Shown: positions 48,885 to 60,500, counted from the stretch's first letter. The stretch: DNA of 64,000 nucleotides from an uncultured Actinomycetota bacterium (GCA_963818135.1 CAWFRF010000032.1:38-64037); one strand, 5' to 3'. A program made the numbers and translations. Notes: a model not told the origin generated them from the letters alone.

Positions 48885-49842
48885 ATGCAGCGCATAAGGT
48901 CGGGCACCGCCGTGGCGGTCATGACCGCACTCATGATGGGCCTGGCGACGGCAGGTGCCAACGCCGCGTCCAGCAACAAGAACCTGGTGCTGATCCAGGG
49001 CACCAAGGCCGACAACTTCTACGTCACGATGGGTTGTGGCGCGAAGGCCGAGGCCAAGAAGCTCGGCTACAACATCTCGGTGCAGGGCCCGACCGACTTC
49101 GCGGCTTCGGAGCAGATCCCGATCGTGCATTCGGTGACGGCCTCCAAGCCGGCCGCGGTGCTGATCGCGCCGACGGACGTGCACGCCCTGATCACGCCGA
49201 TGCAGCAGATGAAGACCGCGGGCATCAAGGTGATCCAGGTCGACACGCATGTCGCCAACAACTCGATCGCCTCGGCGTCGATCTCGTCGAACAACACGCG
49301 CGGTGGCGCGCTGGCGGCCGACGCGCTGGCCAAGCTGATCCACGACAAGGGTTCGGTCGTCGTGATGAACGAGCAGTCGGGTGTCTCGACGACCGAGGCG
49401 CGGATCGCCGGGCTTCGTCAAGGAGATCAAGAAGTACAAGAACATCAAGGTGCTGCCGACGCAGTACACCGGCGACAGCCCGGCTCCGGCCGCGCAGAAG
49501 ATCAACGCTCTGTACTCCGCCAACCCGAACCTGTCCGGCGTCTTCGCGACCAACGTTCTGGTCGCCGAGGGCGTCGACACCGGCCTCAAGCAGACCGGTG
49601 CCGCCGGCAAGGTGAAGATCGTCGGCTACGACGCCGACCCCGAGCAGATCGCCGATCTGAAGAAGGGCGTCGTCCAGGCGCTCGTCGCCCAGCAGCCCTA
49701 CCTGGAGGGCGTCGACGGCGTCCAGCAGGCGGTGAACGCCATCAAGGGCAAGCCGACCAAGTCGATCCTGACCGGTCTGGCCGTGCTGACCAACTCGAAC
49801 CTCAAGGCCGACAGCCGCTACATCTACAAGAGCAGCTGCTGA
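48885..49842 (+). CDS. Monosaccharide ABC solute-binding protein (RbsB family); frameshifted
   Basis: Signal peptide, NFYVTMGCGA, IVGYDA, LVAQQPY. Confidence 0.88.
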
Positions 49843-49854
49843 CCTGACGCAATC

Positions 49855-49882
49855 GCGGGGCGGGCGCGTGTGCCCGCCCCGC
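49855..49882 (+). terminator. GC hairpin after the binding-protein gene
   Basis: GCGGGGCGGGCGC-GT-GTGCCCGCCCCGC. Confidence 0.5.
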
Positions 49883-49891
49883 TCTATTCCG

Positions 49892-50893
49892 ATGATCGTC
49901 GTCGCCGGAGAGGCGCTCATTGACCTGATCCCCACTCCGGCGGGCGATCTCGGCATCCACCCGGGCGGCGGGCCGTTCAACACCGCCCGCTGGCTCGGCG
50001 CGCCTCGGTGCCTAGGTCGGGTTTCCTGGGTGCGCTCGCCGCTGACCCGCTTGGTCAGCGGCTCAGCGATCAGCTGGTCGAGGCCGGCGTCGCACTCGAC
50101 CTGGTCGTGGTCAGCGAGCGCCCGACGACGCTGGCGCTGGCCCAGCTGGACGCAGCGGGCGCGGCGCAGTACAGCTTCTACACCGACACCTCGATGTCCG
50201 ACGTGTGGCCTGCACAGGTGGACGAGCTGCTTCCGGCTCGGCTCGACGCGCTCTACGTCGGGAGCATCGGGTTGGTGCTCGAGCCGGCGGCAACCGCCGG
50301 GTTGCGGGCGGTCGAACTCGCCCGCGCGCGCGGCGCGCTGGTGATGGTCGACCCCAACGTGCGCGCGACGCTGATCGCGGATCGGGCCGCGTATCTGGCG
50401 CGGCTGGATGCGGTGCTGGGGCTGGCCGATGTCCTGAAGCTGAGCGTCGAGGATCTGGCGTGGCTGGCGCCGGGGGAGCCGTCGGTCGTCGCGGCGCGCC
50501 GGTTCCTCGACCGCGGCCCGCGGGTCGTGCTGCTGACCGCGGGGGCTGACGGCGCGACGGTGTTCACCGGCCGGCGGGGTCGTGCCGATCGCGCCGGTGC
50601 CGGTCGAGGTGGTGGACACGATCGGCGCCGGGCGACGCCTTCAGCGCCGGCTTCCTCGCCCACTGGCTCGGCCATCACACGCGACGTGCTGCGTTCGGGC
50701 AAGCGATTTCCGTCCCCAGGACCGACGACGCTTCCCGCGTCGGCGTCGAGGGCGGGGGTGCGGCCGGGATCGCGGATCGGCGGATGCGGTCGCCGAGGCG
50801 GCGAGGTTCGCGGCGCGGGTGGCGGCGGTGGCCTGCAGCGTCCAGGGCGCGACGCCGCCGGCGGATCTGGGCGCGCTGCTCGACCGTGATTAG
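49892..50893 (+). CDS. PfkB family carbohydrate kinase (fructokinase-like); frameshifted
   Basis: GEALIDL, GGGPFN, DPNVR, KLSVED, VVDTIGAGDAF. Confidence 0.88.
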
Positions 50894-51228
50894 CTGGTCG
50901 GCGTGCCCTGGTGGAAGCGCAGCTGCCAGCGCCCGTCGCGCCGCACCCAGAGCGACGCCCGGTTGGCGAGGTCCAGCACTTCGTGCTGGACCTCGCTCAC
51001 ATAGGTGACCAGCGCCACACCATCGGCGAGCTGGTGAACCTCGATGTCGCGCAGTGTCGCCTCGATCGTGTCGTCGCTGACCGCGAGCACTTCGGCTCTC
51101 GAGTACACCCGCCCTGACCTGCCGAACTCGCCGAAGTCGTCGGCGAGAACGCGCTCCATGAACGTGGGGTCAAAGCGTGTTTCGGCCTGCCAAAGAGCTC
51201 GTTCGAGCTCGACCAGCTCGTCAGTCAC
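50890..51228 (-). CDS. NTF2-like DUF4440 protein
   Basis: LADDFGEFGRSG..WQLRFHQGT. Confidence 0.85.
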   Translation of the reverse strand: MTDELVELERALWQAETRFDPTFMERVLADDFGEFGRSGRVYSRAEVLAVSDDTIEATLRDIEVHQLADGVALVTYVSEVQHEVLDLANRASLWVRRDGRWQLRFHQGTPTS

Positions 51229-51511
51229 TCTCGGCGACCGGAGGCTTCTTGGGCTTCACCGGCCAGACACCGAACACCCAGTGAAAGGCGCGGACGGAGA
51301 GCTGGCGGGAGACCGCGGCGGCGGCCGCCAGCGTCGCGCCCTCGAGCGCGGCGGAGGCGGCGACCCGGCGGAGGCTCACGTCCGGCTCCTTCGCCGAGGG
51401 CTTGGGATCGGCGGAGACCCGCTCCCAGATCGCGTTGAACAGCCGCCTGCCGACGAGCGACCCGAGCACCCCGAAGACGATCGAGAAGGGCGTGTAGACG
51501 AGCTTCTTCAT
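51221..51511 (-). CDS. DUF4235 family protein
   Basis: MKKLVYTPF..IWERV..P..AALEGA..GVWP. Confidence 0.75.
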   Translation of the reverse strand: MKKLVYTPFSIVFGVLGSLVGRRLFNAIWERVSADPKPSAKEPDVSLRRVAASAALEGATLAAAAAVSRQLSVRAFHWVFGVWPVKPKKPPVAESD

Positions 51512-51680
51512 CTCACAGCGCAGGCTACCCGAATGGGGGCGCGGCCTGCGGCTTGCGGCCATTTGTGATGAACGCCTCAATCTCCGCCTAACGCGAGCCG
51601 ATAAATGCAGCTAACGGCATCCGCCGGGAAAGCTGCATAAATGGGTATGTAATCCACCCTTCGCAGCTTGGAGGTGTGAC

Positions 51681-52389
51681 ATGCAGGACGAAGTCGACGC
51701 AGACCGGAACGGCGACGCCGAGGAGCTACTCAAGCGCGCGCTGCTCGATGCGGCCTCGGCCGTGAGCGTTTCGCTGCGGATCGACGGTCTTCCGGTCAGC
51801 GAGGCCGTGACCGTGATCTTCTACGCGCGCCGGGACCTCGGCACGCTCCAGACGTACCTGACGCCCGGCAGCCGCGGCGCCGGCTCGACCGTGTCGCCCG
51901 TCAGAGCTGCTGCGGGTGCCGTGCGACCTCGATCTGGCGGATGCCGCCGACCGCGAGGATGCCGAGCGGCTGTACGCCGAACAGGCGCGCACGCTCCGCG
52001 ACGCGGTGCTCGGTGCCGACGTCGTGCTCGAGCTGTGGCGCGAGGCGCTGGCCGACCTGCTCGGCAACGTCGTGATCAAGATGTCGGCCGGCCTGCCGGC
52101 GCGTGCCCCGCTGCCGCGGCTGATGCCGACGGCACTGGTCGCGCCCGAGTCACAGATCGTGGTCACGCCCGTGTGCAACGCCCGCACGCTGGCCGAGGGT
52201 CAGCCACCGGTCGGCATCGCCTGCATCCAGCAGGAGGTCGCGCACGTCTACCCGCTCGCCGAGGACCCCGAGGGCTGCGTGATCGACTTCATGGAACGCT
52301 CCGCCCGGCACGCGCACAGCCTGGCCGAGCAGATCGCTCACCAGGAGGCCTCGGTCGAGCGCTTCCTGCAGCTCTCAGACGCGGCCTGA
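51681..52389 (+). CDS. Hypothetical protein; one frameshift
   Basis: GGAGG RBS; two protein-like frames join near 51900; no family recognised. Confidence 0.65.
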
Positions 52390-52405
52390 GGCCGCCTTAG
52401 CGCGC

Positions 52406-53000
52406 CTAGCGTGCATCCGAAGCCTTCGAGGATCAGCGGGGTGGCGCGCTCGAGGCGCGCGACGCGGGTCTTGGACTGCTTGGCGCCGTTGAAGTGGAGT
52501 AGCCAGCCGCGGCGGCGGCCCGGGGTGAGGCGCTCCCAAGCATTGCGCAGGCCAGGATCAGCGCTGAGCATCATCTCGAGCTCCAGGGGATAAGGCCCAT
52601 CGTCCGAGGGCTCGCGCTTCGGCACCGACAGCCCGGCATCCTCGACGCGGATGGCGTCCTCAGCCAACGCCGCGATCGTCGTCGTGGACGCTCTGACGTC
52701 TGCGACGGAGCGGAACTCCAGGCGCAGGGCGGCGCGGGTGTTCTCTCCCTGCTCCCGGAGCGCGCCGTCGGGGTCCTCGAGCAGCGCGCCCTTGAAGAAC
52801 AGCAGCGCGCAGAACTTTTTGAACGGCTGGAAGATGACGACGTTCGATCCGTCGTACGTGTAACACGGCTTGTACCACTTGAAGTCCTCGTGGAGCCCTG
52901 CCTGAAGCAGCACGGGTCGCAAGGCCTCGAGCTCGGCCCGCCAGGCGGGCATCCCCTCGATGTAATTGGCGACCTTGGGATTCGTCGGCGTCTCAGTCAT
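52406..53000 (-). CDS. YdeI/OmpD-associated (DUF1801) protein
   Basis: KWYKPCYT, LLFFKGALLEDP, LTPGRRR, AKQSKTR. Confidence 0.88.
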
Positions 53001-53157
53001 TCAGTCAGTCTGCCGATTGGGGGCGAGCCAAGGGTATGGTCCAGCCGCTGATCCGCCGATAACGTTCCTGACGCCTCTCTCGAAGAGGGACCTAACGGCA
53101 GCCCAGAAAGGGCCTACGGTCAGGAATGGGCTGTTTCATCATGATTGTGAGTGAGGG

Positions 53158-54407
53158 TTGAGCGAGGCTGTCATCGCAGCGCTGCGCGCCGCCCTCGAGA
53201 AGACGCCGCAGCAGTCGGACCTGCGTTTGCACCTGGCGGAGATGTTGCTGCTCGAGGGCGCGCCCGCCGAGGCGCTCGAGCATGCGCAGGTGCTTCTCAA
53301 CGACGAGCCGGACAACGTTCAGGCGCTGACGGTCGCTCGGGATGCCTGCCAGTCACTCGGCGACAAGGCCAAGGTCGAGGCCTATACGCGCCTGCTCTCG
53401 ACGTGCTCGGAGGCGAACCTACGGCTCCCGCGGGCGCATCGCGGCAGCCCCTCGCACAGCACGCCGCTGCTGAGGGAGACGATCGGAGCGGCCCAGCCGA
53501 GGGCGACCCCGACGAGGACGATCCCGACGATGACCAGATCCCGCGCCGCTCTGAAGCCGACCTTCGCCGACGTCGGCGGGATGGACGTCGTCAAACAGCG
53601 GCTCGAGATGACGTTGCTCGGCCCGCTACGCAACCCCGAGCTTCGCGCCTACTACGGCAACGAGACACGCGGGGGTCTGCTGCTCTACGGCCCACCCGGC
53701 TGTGGGAAGACATATATCGCTTCGGCGGTCGCCGGCGAACTGGCTCCACGTTCCTGCCGGTTGGGCTCAACGACGTGCTTGACATGTGGGTCGGCAACAG
53801 CGAGAAGCAGCTGCACGCCGTTTTCGAGTACGCGCGCCGTCATACCCCGTGCGTGCTCTTCCTTGACGAACTCGATGCGCTCGGACGCAAACGCAGCCAG
53901 TCCACGAACAGTGGCGGGCGGAATGTCATCAACCAGTTGTTGATGGAACTGGATGGCGTCAACACTCCAACGAAGGTGTCTTCGTGCTGGCCGCCACCAA
54001 CCATCCCTGGGATGTCGACGTTGCGCTACGCCGCCCCGGGCGACTCGACCGCACTGTGCTCGTGCTGCCACCGACGTGCCGGCGCGAGCGGCCATCCTCG
54101 AACATCACATGCGGGGACGTCCACAGCAGGGGATCGATGTAGCCAAGTGGCGAGGCGAACCGAGCTCTTCTCGGGGGCCGACCTGCGGCACCTCTGCGAG
54201 ACGGCTGCCGAATACGCCCTGCAGGACTCGATGCGCAGCGGTCAACCGCGCCCCATTGCCAGCGGCGACTTCGACCGAGCGCTGAAGGAGGTTTCAAGCT
54301 CGATCAAGGCCTGGTTCACGGTCGCCAACAGCTACGCCGCGTACGCGAACGACGGCGGCCAATACGACGATCTGCTCGCGTACGTGCGCGAAAAGAGATT
54401 GCTATGA
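53158..54407 (+). CDS. TPR-fused AAA+ ATPase (CDC48/Vps4-like single AAA module); frameshifted
   Basis: N-terminal TPR-like helices; FADVGGM, LLYGPPGCGKT, LFLDELDALG, NQLLMELDG, FSGADL; C-terminal YAND.G.YDDL. Confidence 0.85.
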
Positions 54408-55444
54408 GCGACTCGAGCGGTGCCGAGCAGAGGGCCTCTGCGCTCCTCGAGATGGGTCGTCCAGCGGAAGCTGCCGCGCTGCTCAGGCAGGCACTCGCGC
54501 AGGACCCGGGCCGCTGGAGGGCAGCCGTCCTTCTATCGGCGGCCGAGTTGCGCCAGGGAAACAACGATGCGGCTGTCGCCGCCGCTCAGCAAGCGGTGTC
54601 GCTCGCCCCGCAACAGGAATGGGCCTACCGCACGCTGGCGCTCGCGTACGCCCGATCGAAGCGCGGAGAGGAGGCCCGACAGGCGGCCACCACTGCCGTG
54701 CAGCTCGCCCCGCGTCAATACCAGGGATATGTGGTGCTCGTCGCCGCCCTGCTACAGGTGCGCGATCGTGCCGGCGCACACAAAGCGGCAGAGCAGGCGA
54801 TCGCGCTGAACCCTGAATCCGCTACTCCGTTCATCCAGATGAGTACGGCGGCATATTCGGCGGAGGACTGGGAGCTGATGGAGCTCGCATGCAGAAATGC
54901 CCTGGCGCGCGAGCCCGAGAACGTCATCGCTCTGAACAACCTCGGCTGCGCCCTGCTGCGTCTGCATCGCGGGCCGGAGGCTGTACCTGTTTATGAACGA
55001 GCTGCGCGCCTTGATCCCTCCAATGAGTCGGTGCGGAGGACGCTCTACCGGCTCAGCACCATGCTCTGGGCGCAGCCTCTGCTGAGCGATGAAACGCGTG
55101 AGCTGATGGCTGCCGAGCGACGCGCGCGCCGGTTCAGCCTTAGGCGATGGGACTGGCAGAGGCTTGTGCGCGTGCGACCCTGGTGGTGGAGAGGATTCGA
55201 GAAGCTTCCGGCTCCCGTCGCGCTTCCAATCCATCTTGTCGCGCTCGGTGGCTGCGTGGCGGCAGTGGTGGCCGGCACGCGCAACAGCTCGCCAGTGATC
55301 TTCATCTTCATCGGCGCCTGGCTCGCGCTGATGTTGCCTCGGAGCGTCTATCGGCTGCAGGTCTGGTGGAGCGTGCGGCATCCCGGGAAGAGCTCGTGGG
55401 CCCGCAATGACGCGGTGACAGCCACGTCGGCGGAGACCGACTAG
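54404..55444 (+). CDS. TPR repeat protein with C-terminal TM helices
   Basis: About six TPRs (A..LAP/NP); two hydrophobic helices at the end; start overlaps the ATPase stop. Confidence 0.85.
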   Translation: MSDSSGAEQRASALLEMGRPAEAAALLRQALAQDPGRWRAAVLLSAAELRQGNNDAAVAAAQQAVSLAPQQEWAYRTLALAYARSKRGEEARQAATTAVQLAPRQYQGYVVLVAALLQVRDRAGAHKAAEQAIALNPESATPFIQMSTAAYSAEDWELMELACRNALAREPENVIALNNLGCALLRLHRGPEAVPVYERAARLDPSNESVRRTLYRLSTMLWAQPLLSDETRELMAAERRARRFSLRRWDWQRLVRVRPWWWRGFEKLPAPVALPIHLVALGGCVAAVVAGTRNSSPVIFIFIGAWLALMLPRSVYRLQVWWSVRHPGKSSWARNDAVTATSAETD

Positions 55445-55788
55445 TGAGCCGGCGCCCTCAGGAAGCGGAGGACGGCGAGCTGGCACCCGCCACCTGGGCA
55501 GCGCTGCTGTTCACACCGGCCGACGGACAGGGCGCCGCCGCATTCGAGGACGAACGGTTCGCCGGCCACGTCGCCTTCCTGAACGAGATGGAGGCAGCGG
55601 GCTACCTCGTGGCCGCCGGCCCGATGCTCGATGAGGACGGCGCGGGCATGACGATCCTGAGGCTGCCCGGCGAGGGACGCCTCGATGAGATCGAGCGTCT
55701 CGCGCAGCAAGATACGAGCGTCAGCTCGGGCCTGTTCGAGCTGACTGTCAGGCCGTGGCGCGTGTTCTTCGCGCCCGGCGTCCGCTAA
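55444..55788 (+). CDS. YciI family protein
   Basis: HVAFL..LVAAGP..D..V..G..VRPW. Confidence 0.8.
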   Translation: MSRRPQEAEDGELAPATWAALLFTPADGQGAAAFEDERFAGHVAFLNEMEAAGYLVAAGPMLDEDGAGMTILRLPGEGRLDEIERLAQQDTSVSSGLFELTVRPWRVFFAPGVR

Positions 55789-55826
55789 TCGCGCCTGCAG
55801 CGTCCGCTAGTCGCGCCCGGCGTCAG

Positions 55827-56153
55827 CTAATCGTTCGCGCGGACGGGCTTGCGCGGAACCGGCTCGCGAGCGGGTCGGCGCTCGGGCCGCGTCAGCTTGT
55901 CGCCAAGCCGGCCAGGCTCGCGCAGGCGCACCGATGACTGCTCGGCGTCAGGCAGCGGAATCCCGCCGCCAGGCCAGCGGCTCGGGTCGGGCTTGACGTT
56001 GGGGCGATTGCCCCAGCCGTCGTCGGAGCTCCCGCCGTCCTCATCGGGCTCGGACGGATCGTCGCGGAGTACCGGGATCATGAGCAACCCGACCGCGACG
56101 AAGCCAAAGATGTGCACCCCGATGAGGAACAGCATCAACTGGAACTCCGTCAT
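55827..56153 (-). CDS. Small membrane-anchored hypothetical protein
   Basis: N-terminal TM, acidic/Gly linker, GGIPLPDA..VRLR. Confidence 0.6.
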   Translation of the reverse strand: MTEFQLMLFLIGVHIFGFVAVGLLMIPVLRDDPSEPDEDGGSSDDGWGNRPNVKPDPSRWPGGGIPLPDAEQSSVRLREPGRLGDKLTRPERRPAREPVPRKPVRAND

Positions 56154-56234
56154 TGCCACAGAGTACCGCCGTCGCCGAGAAGCGGAAGAGGGAAATTCGT
56201 AAAACGTCAATGCTCGCTACCATCGAGCGCATCT

Positions 56235-56912
56235 ATGTCTGAACAGTCCACAAGCCTTCTCGCCTCAAGCCGCGAGCCCGGTCACTCGCGCGAGGCGCGA
56301 CGACTTCGCCGCGAGGGCCTGGTCCTCGGCACCGTCTACGGTGGCGGCAAGGATCCGGTCTCTTTCCAGATCAATGCGCTGACACTGCGCAACGCGCTGG
56401 CGCGCGCGGGCAGCGTGATCGATCTCAAGATCGACGACAGCAGCGCTGAACCCGTTGTGCTCAAGGAGCGCGTCCGTCACCCCGTCAGCGGGGAGACCAT
56501 GCACGTCGACCTGCTGCGCGTCGACCTCGACGTGTCGATTCAGGCTTCCGTGATCGTCGAGCTGATCGACATCGACGAGTCCGACGTCAAGACCGGCGGC
56601 GTCCTCGAGAACACGATCCGTGAGGTCACGGTCGAGGCCAAGCCGAACGACATCCCCGACCTGATCCAGCACAGCATCGCCGGCCTGGAGATCAACGGCA
56701 CCGTCACCCTCGGCGAGCTCAAGGCTCCGGCCGGGGTCACGATCATCGGCGACCCCGACCTCGTGATCGCCGCGATCCGCACCTCCCGCGGCATGCTTGC
56801 CGATGCGTCCGACGATGTCGAGCTCGAGACCGAGCTGGTCGGCGAGGGCGAGACCCAGGACGAGGCCAAGGCCACCGCCGAGGCCGAAGAAGCTGCCGCC
56901 GACGGCGAGTAG
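56235..56912 (+). CDS. rplY: 50S ribosomal protein L25/Ctc
   Basis: ARRLRREG..VYG, HVDLLRVD, KTGGVLE. Confidence 0.93.
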   Translation: MSEQSTSLLASSREPGHSREARRLRREGLVLGTVYGGGKDPVSFQINALTLRNALARAGSVIDLKIDDSSAEPVVLKERVRHPVSGETMHVDLLRVDLDVSIQASVIVELIDIDESDVKTGGVLENTIREVTVEAKPNDIPDLIQHSIAGLEINGTVTLGELKAPAGVTIIGDPDLVIAAIRTSRGMLADASDDVELETELVGEGETQDEAKATAEAEEAAADGE

Positions 56913-56928
56913 CCGTCACCCGTTCCAA

Positions 56929-57492
56929 ATGCCGCTGCTGCATCGCCGCAGCGCTCCCGTCGACTGGTTGATAGTCGGCCTCGGTAACCCCGGGGCCGCC
57001 TACGACGGCACCCCGCACAACATCGGCTTCGAGGTCGCCGAGCGCCTCCGCACGCGCTGGGAGCTCGGCAAGCCCAAGTCCAAGTACCGGGGGCTGATCA
57101 CGGACGGCCGCACAGGTGTCGGCGGCCCGCGGGTCGCGATCCTCACGCCGCAGACCTACATGAATGAGGCCGGCAAATCGGTCGGACCGGCGCGTGGCGA
57201 GCTGCGCGTCGAGCCCGACCACATCATCGTCGTGCACGATGAGATCGACCTGCCGTTCGCCGACGTCCGCACACGCCTCGGTGGCGGGCTCGCCGGCCAC
57301 AACGGCCTGAAGTCGATCAAAGCGGCGCTTGGCACCGCCGATTTCCAGCGCGTGCGGGTCGGCGTGGGCCGCCCGCCGACCACCGATCCGGAGCTTGTCG
57401 CGGCCTACGTGCTCGGCAAATTCAGGGAGCCGAAAGCCGACGTTCAGGCGTTGATCGAGTCCGGCCGCCGACGCGGTCGAACAGCTGCTTAA
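56929..57492 (+). CDS. pth: Peptidyl-tRNA hydrolase
   Basis: IVGLGNPG, HNIGF, PQTYMN, VHDEID, GHNGLKS. Confidence 0.95.
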   Translation: MPLLHRRSAPVDWLIVGLGNPGAAYDGTPHNIGFEVAERLRTRWELGKPKSKYRGLITDGRTGVGGPRVAILTPQTYMNEAGKSVGPARGELRVEPDHIIVVHDEIDLPFADVRTRLGGGLAGHNGLKSIKAALGTADFQRVRVGVGRPPTTDPELVAAYVLGKFREPKADVQALIESGRRRGRTAA

Positions 57493-57506
57493 GTAGAGAG
57501 AGCGAA

Positions 57507-60500
57507 ATGCTCTCCTCTCTGCTTCACCACGCGGACGACGATCCGCAGACCGGCCGACTGCATGCCGAGGGTGGTCGCGCGTATCGTCTCGCTGTCGCTG
57601 CGTCCCTTCTTGATCGCGGCCTTGCTTGGCCGCGATCAGACCAAACCGGCGATCGTGGTCGCAGGCGACGACCGCCAGGCGCGCGAGCTCGCCAGCAGCC
57701 TGCGGGCCTGGCTCGCGCCCCGGCGCGTGCGCTACTACCCGAGCCGCGGCGTCACCTACGAGTCGCATCTGGCGCCGCCGGCGCACCTCACCGGTCAGCG
57801 GATCGCGGCGCTGGACGCGCTGCTCGACGACCAGGACGCGACGCTGGGAGAGAAAGGTGCCCCCACGGCACCTTTCTCTCCCAGCGTCGGTGCGCCGGTC
57901 GTGGTCGTGAGCGCCGTGGCGCTGTCGGAGAAGGTTCCTGACCCGTCGCTGCGCCCGCACGGCTTCACGCTGCGCAAGGGCGAGCTGCTCGACCTCGACG
58001 AGACGGCCGGCGACCTGGTGTCAGCCGGCTACGAGCGCGTCGACCAGGTCGAGGACCGCGGCCAGTTCGCGATCCGCGGCGGCCTGCTCGACGTCTTCCC
58101 CTCGACCGAGGACCGCGCCGTCCGCGTCGACCTGTTCGGCGATGAGATCGAGTCGCTCAGGTGGTTCAGCACCTTCACCCAGCGCTCACTCGGCGACGCC
58201 GAGGAGGTGGAGGTGGCGCCGGCCGCAGAGCTCGCGGCCGAGTACCGCGAGCTGGCGGAGATCGCGGCGCTCGAGCAGGAGGAGAATCGCCCCGACATCA
58301 CCGAGCTGTTGCCGGTCGAGGACTTCAAGACCTTCCTCGAGCTGATCGACTCAGCAGGCGAGCGTGCTGCTGGCCGCCGAGGAGGAGGTCGGCCCCGCGC
58401 TGGCCGACAACTGGCAGGACGTCACCGCCGCCTTCCACGACAGCGAGGCCCACCAGCTCTACGTCAAGCCCGAGGCGATCACGGCCGAGCTCGACGGGCG
58501 CGCGCGCATCCGGCTGTCCTCGATCGACCAGGAGCAGCCGTTCCAGTTCCGCGGTCAGGCGGCCGAGGTCGGCGCCCGCGGCATCCGCGACGCCGAGCCG
58601 GAGCTCGAGAAGCTCACGCGCTCGGGATACCGCACCGTGGTCACCTTCGCGGTCAGGGGCGAGGGTGAGCGCGCCGCGTACAACCTCGGCCGGCTCAAGG
58701 TGGAGTGGCTTGGCGATGACGGGGGTCAAGCGAGACCCCCGTCAGCGGAGAAAGCTCTGACATTCGAGCATGCGCGGCTGCGCGAGGGCTTCATCGCGCC
58801 GCAGTTTCACCTGGCGGTTATCCCCGAGCACCGTCTGTTCCGGCGACGGCGCGCGCCTGAGGGACCGGTCCGGGTCGGCCGCCGTGGCGTGCTGCGATCG
58901 TTCGCCGAGCTGCGCACCGGCGACATCGTCGTCCACGAGGATCACGGCGTCGCGCGGTTTGCGGGCTTCGACACCAAGACCGTCGCGGGTGTCACGCGCG
59001 ACTACCTGAACCTCGAGTACGCGGGCACCGACCGCGTGTTCATGCCGGTCGAGCAGCTCGCCAAGATCAGCCGCTACGTCGGCGGCGGGGGCGAGCACGG
59101 CCCGACGCTCTCGAAGCTTGGCGGCACTCGTTGGGACACGCTCAAGGCACGCGCGCGCCGCGCCGCGCAGGAGATGGCGGGCGAGCTGCTCAACCTCTAC
59201 GCCGAGCGCAAGCGGCGCGAGGGTCACGCGTTCCCGGCGGACACGGAATGGCAGATCGAGTTCGAGAACGCGTTCGCCTACACCGAAACCCCGGATCAGC
59301 GCGACGCGATCGAGTTCGTCAAGGCCGACATGGAAGCGCCGCGGCCGATGGATCGCCTGATCTGCGGCGACGTCGGCTATGGCAAGACCGAGGTTGCGCT
59401 GCGCGCCGCCTTCAAGGCCGTGCAGGACGACAAGCAGGTGATGATGCTGGTGCCGACGACGATCCTCGCCCAGCAGCACTACGGCACCTTCGTCGAACGC
59501 CTGAAGGACTATCCGGTGCGGATCGAGCAGGTCTCGCGCTTCCGCCCGGCGGCTCAGCAGAAGGAGGCGATCGCCGCGTTCACCCGAGGCGAGGTGGACA
59601 TCCTGATCGGCACCCACCGGTTGCTCTCGCGCGATGTGCGGGCCAAGGACGTGGGCCTGCTGGTGGTCGATGAGGAGCAGCGCTTCGGCGTCAAGCAGAA
59701 GGAGCTGCTCAAGCAGCTGAAGCTCAAGGTCGACGTGCTGTCGATGAGCGCCACGCCGATTCCGCGCACGCTGCAGATGTCGCTCGCCGGGATCCGCGAC
59801 ATCAGTGTGATCGAGACCGCGCCCGAGGGCCGGCGACCGGTCAAGACCTACGTCGGCGAGTACGACGAGGAGCTCGTCAAGGCGGCGCTGCTGCGCGAGC
59901 ACGCGCGTGGCGGACAGGCGTTTTTCCTGCACAACCGGGTCGAGTCGATCGACGAGACGGCCGAGCGGCTGCGCGGCCTGGTGCCGCAGATGCGGTTCGA
60001 GGTCGCACACGGGCAGATGGACGACGCCGAGCTCGAGAAGCGGATGATGGCCTTCCTGCGCGGCGATGCCGACGTGCTGGTCGCGACGTCGATCATCGAG
60101 GCGGGCATCGACATCCCGCAGGCCAACACGCTGATCGTCGAGCGCGCTGACATGTTCGGGCTCTCGCAGCTCTACCAGATCCGTGGGCGTGTCGGCCGCA
60201 GCCGTGAGCGGGCGTACGCGTACCTGCTGTATCCGTCGTCGGCGGCGCTGACAGCCGACGCGGCGACGCGGCTCTCGGCGCTGAGCGACTACACGGAGCT
60301 CGGCGCCGGCTTCAAGGTAGCGATGCGCGACCTCGAGATCCGCGGTGCCGGCAACCTGCTCGGCGACGAGCAGTCGGGCCACGTGGCGGCGCTCGGCTTC
60401 GAGCTCTACATGCAGATGCTCGACGAGGCGGTCCAGGCGGCCCAGGCGACTGCGTCCGGAAGCGGCGCAGAGGAGGAGGAGTGGGAGCCGGTGCGGCTGG

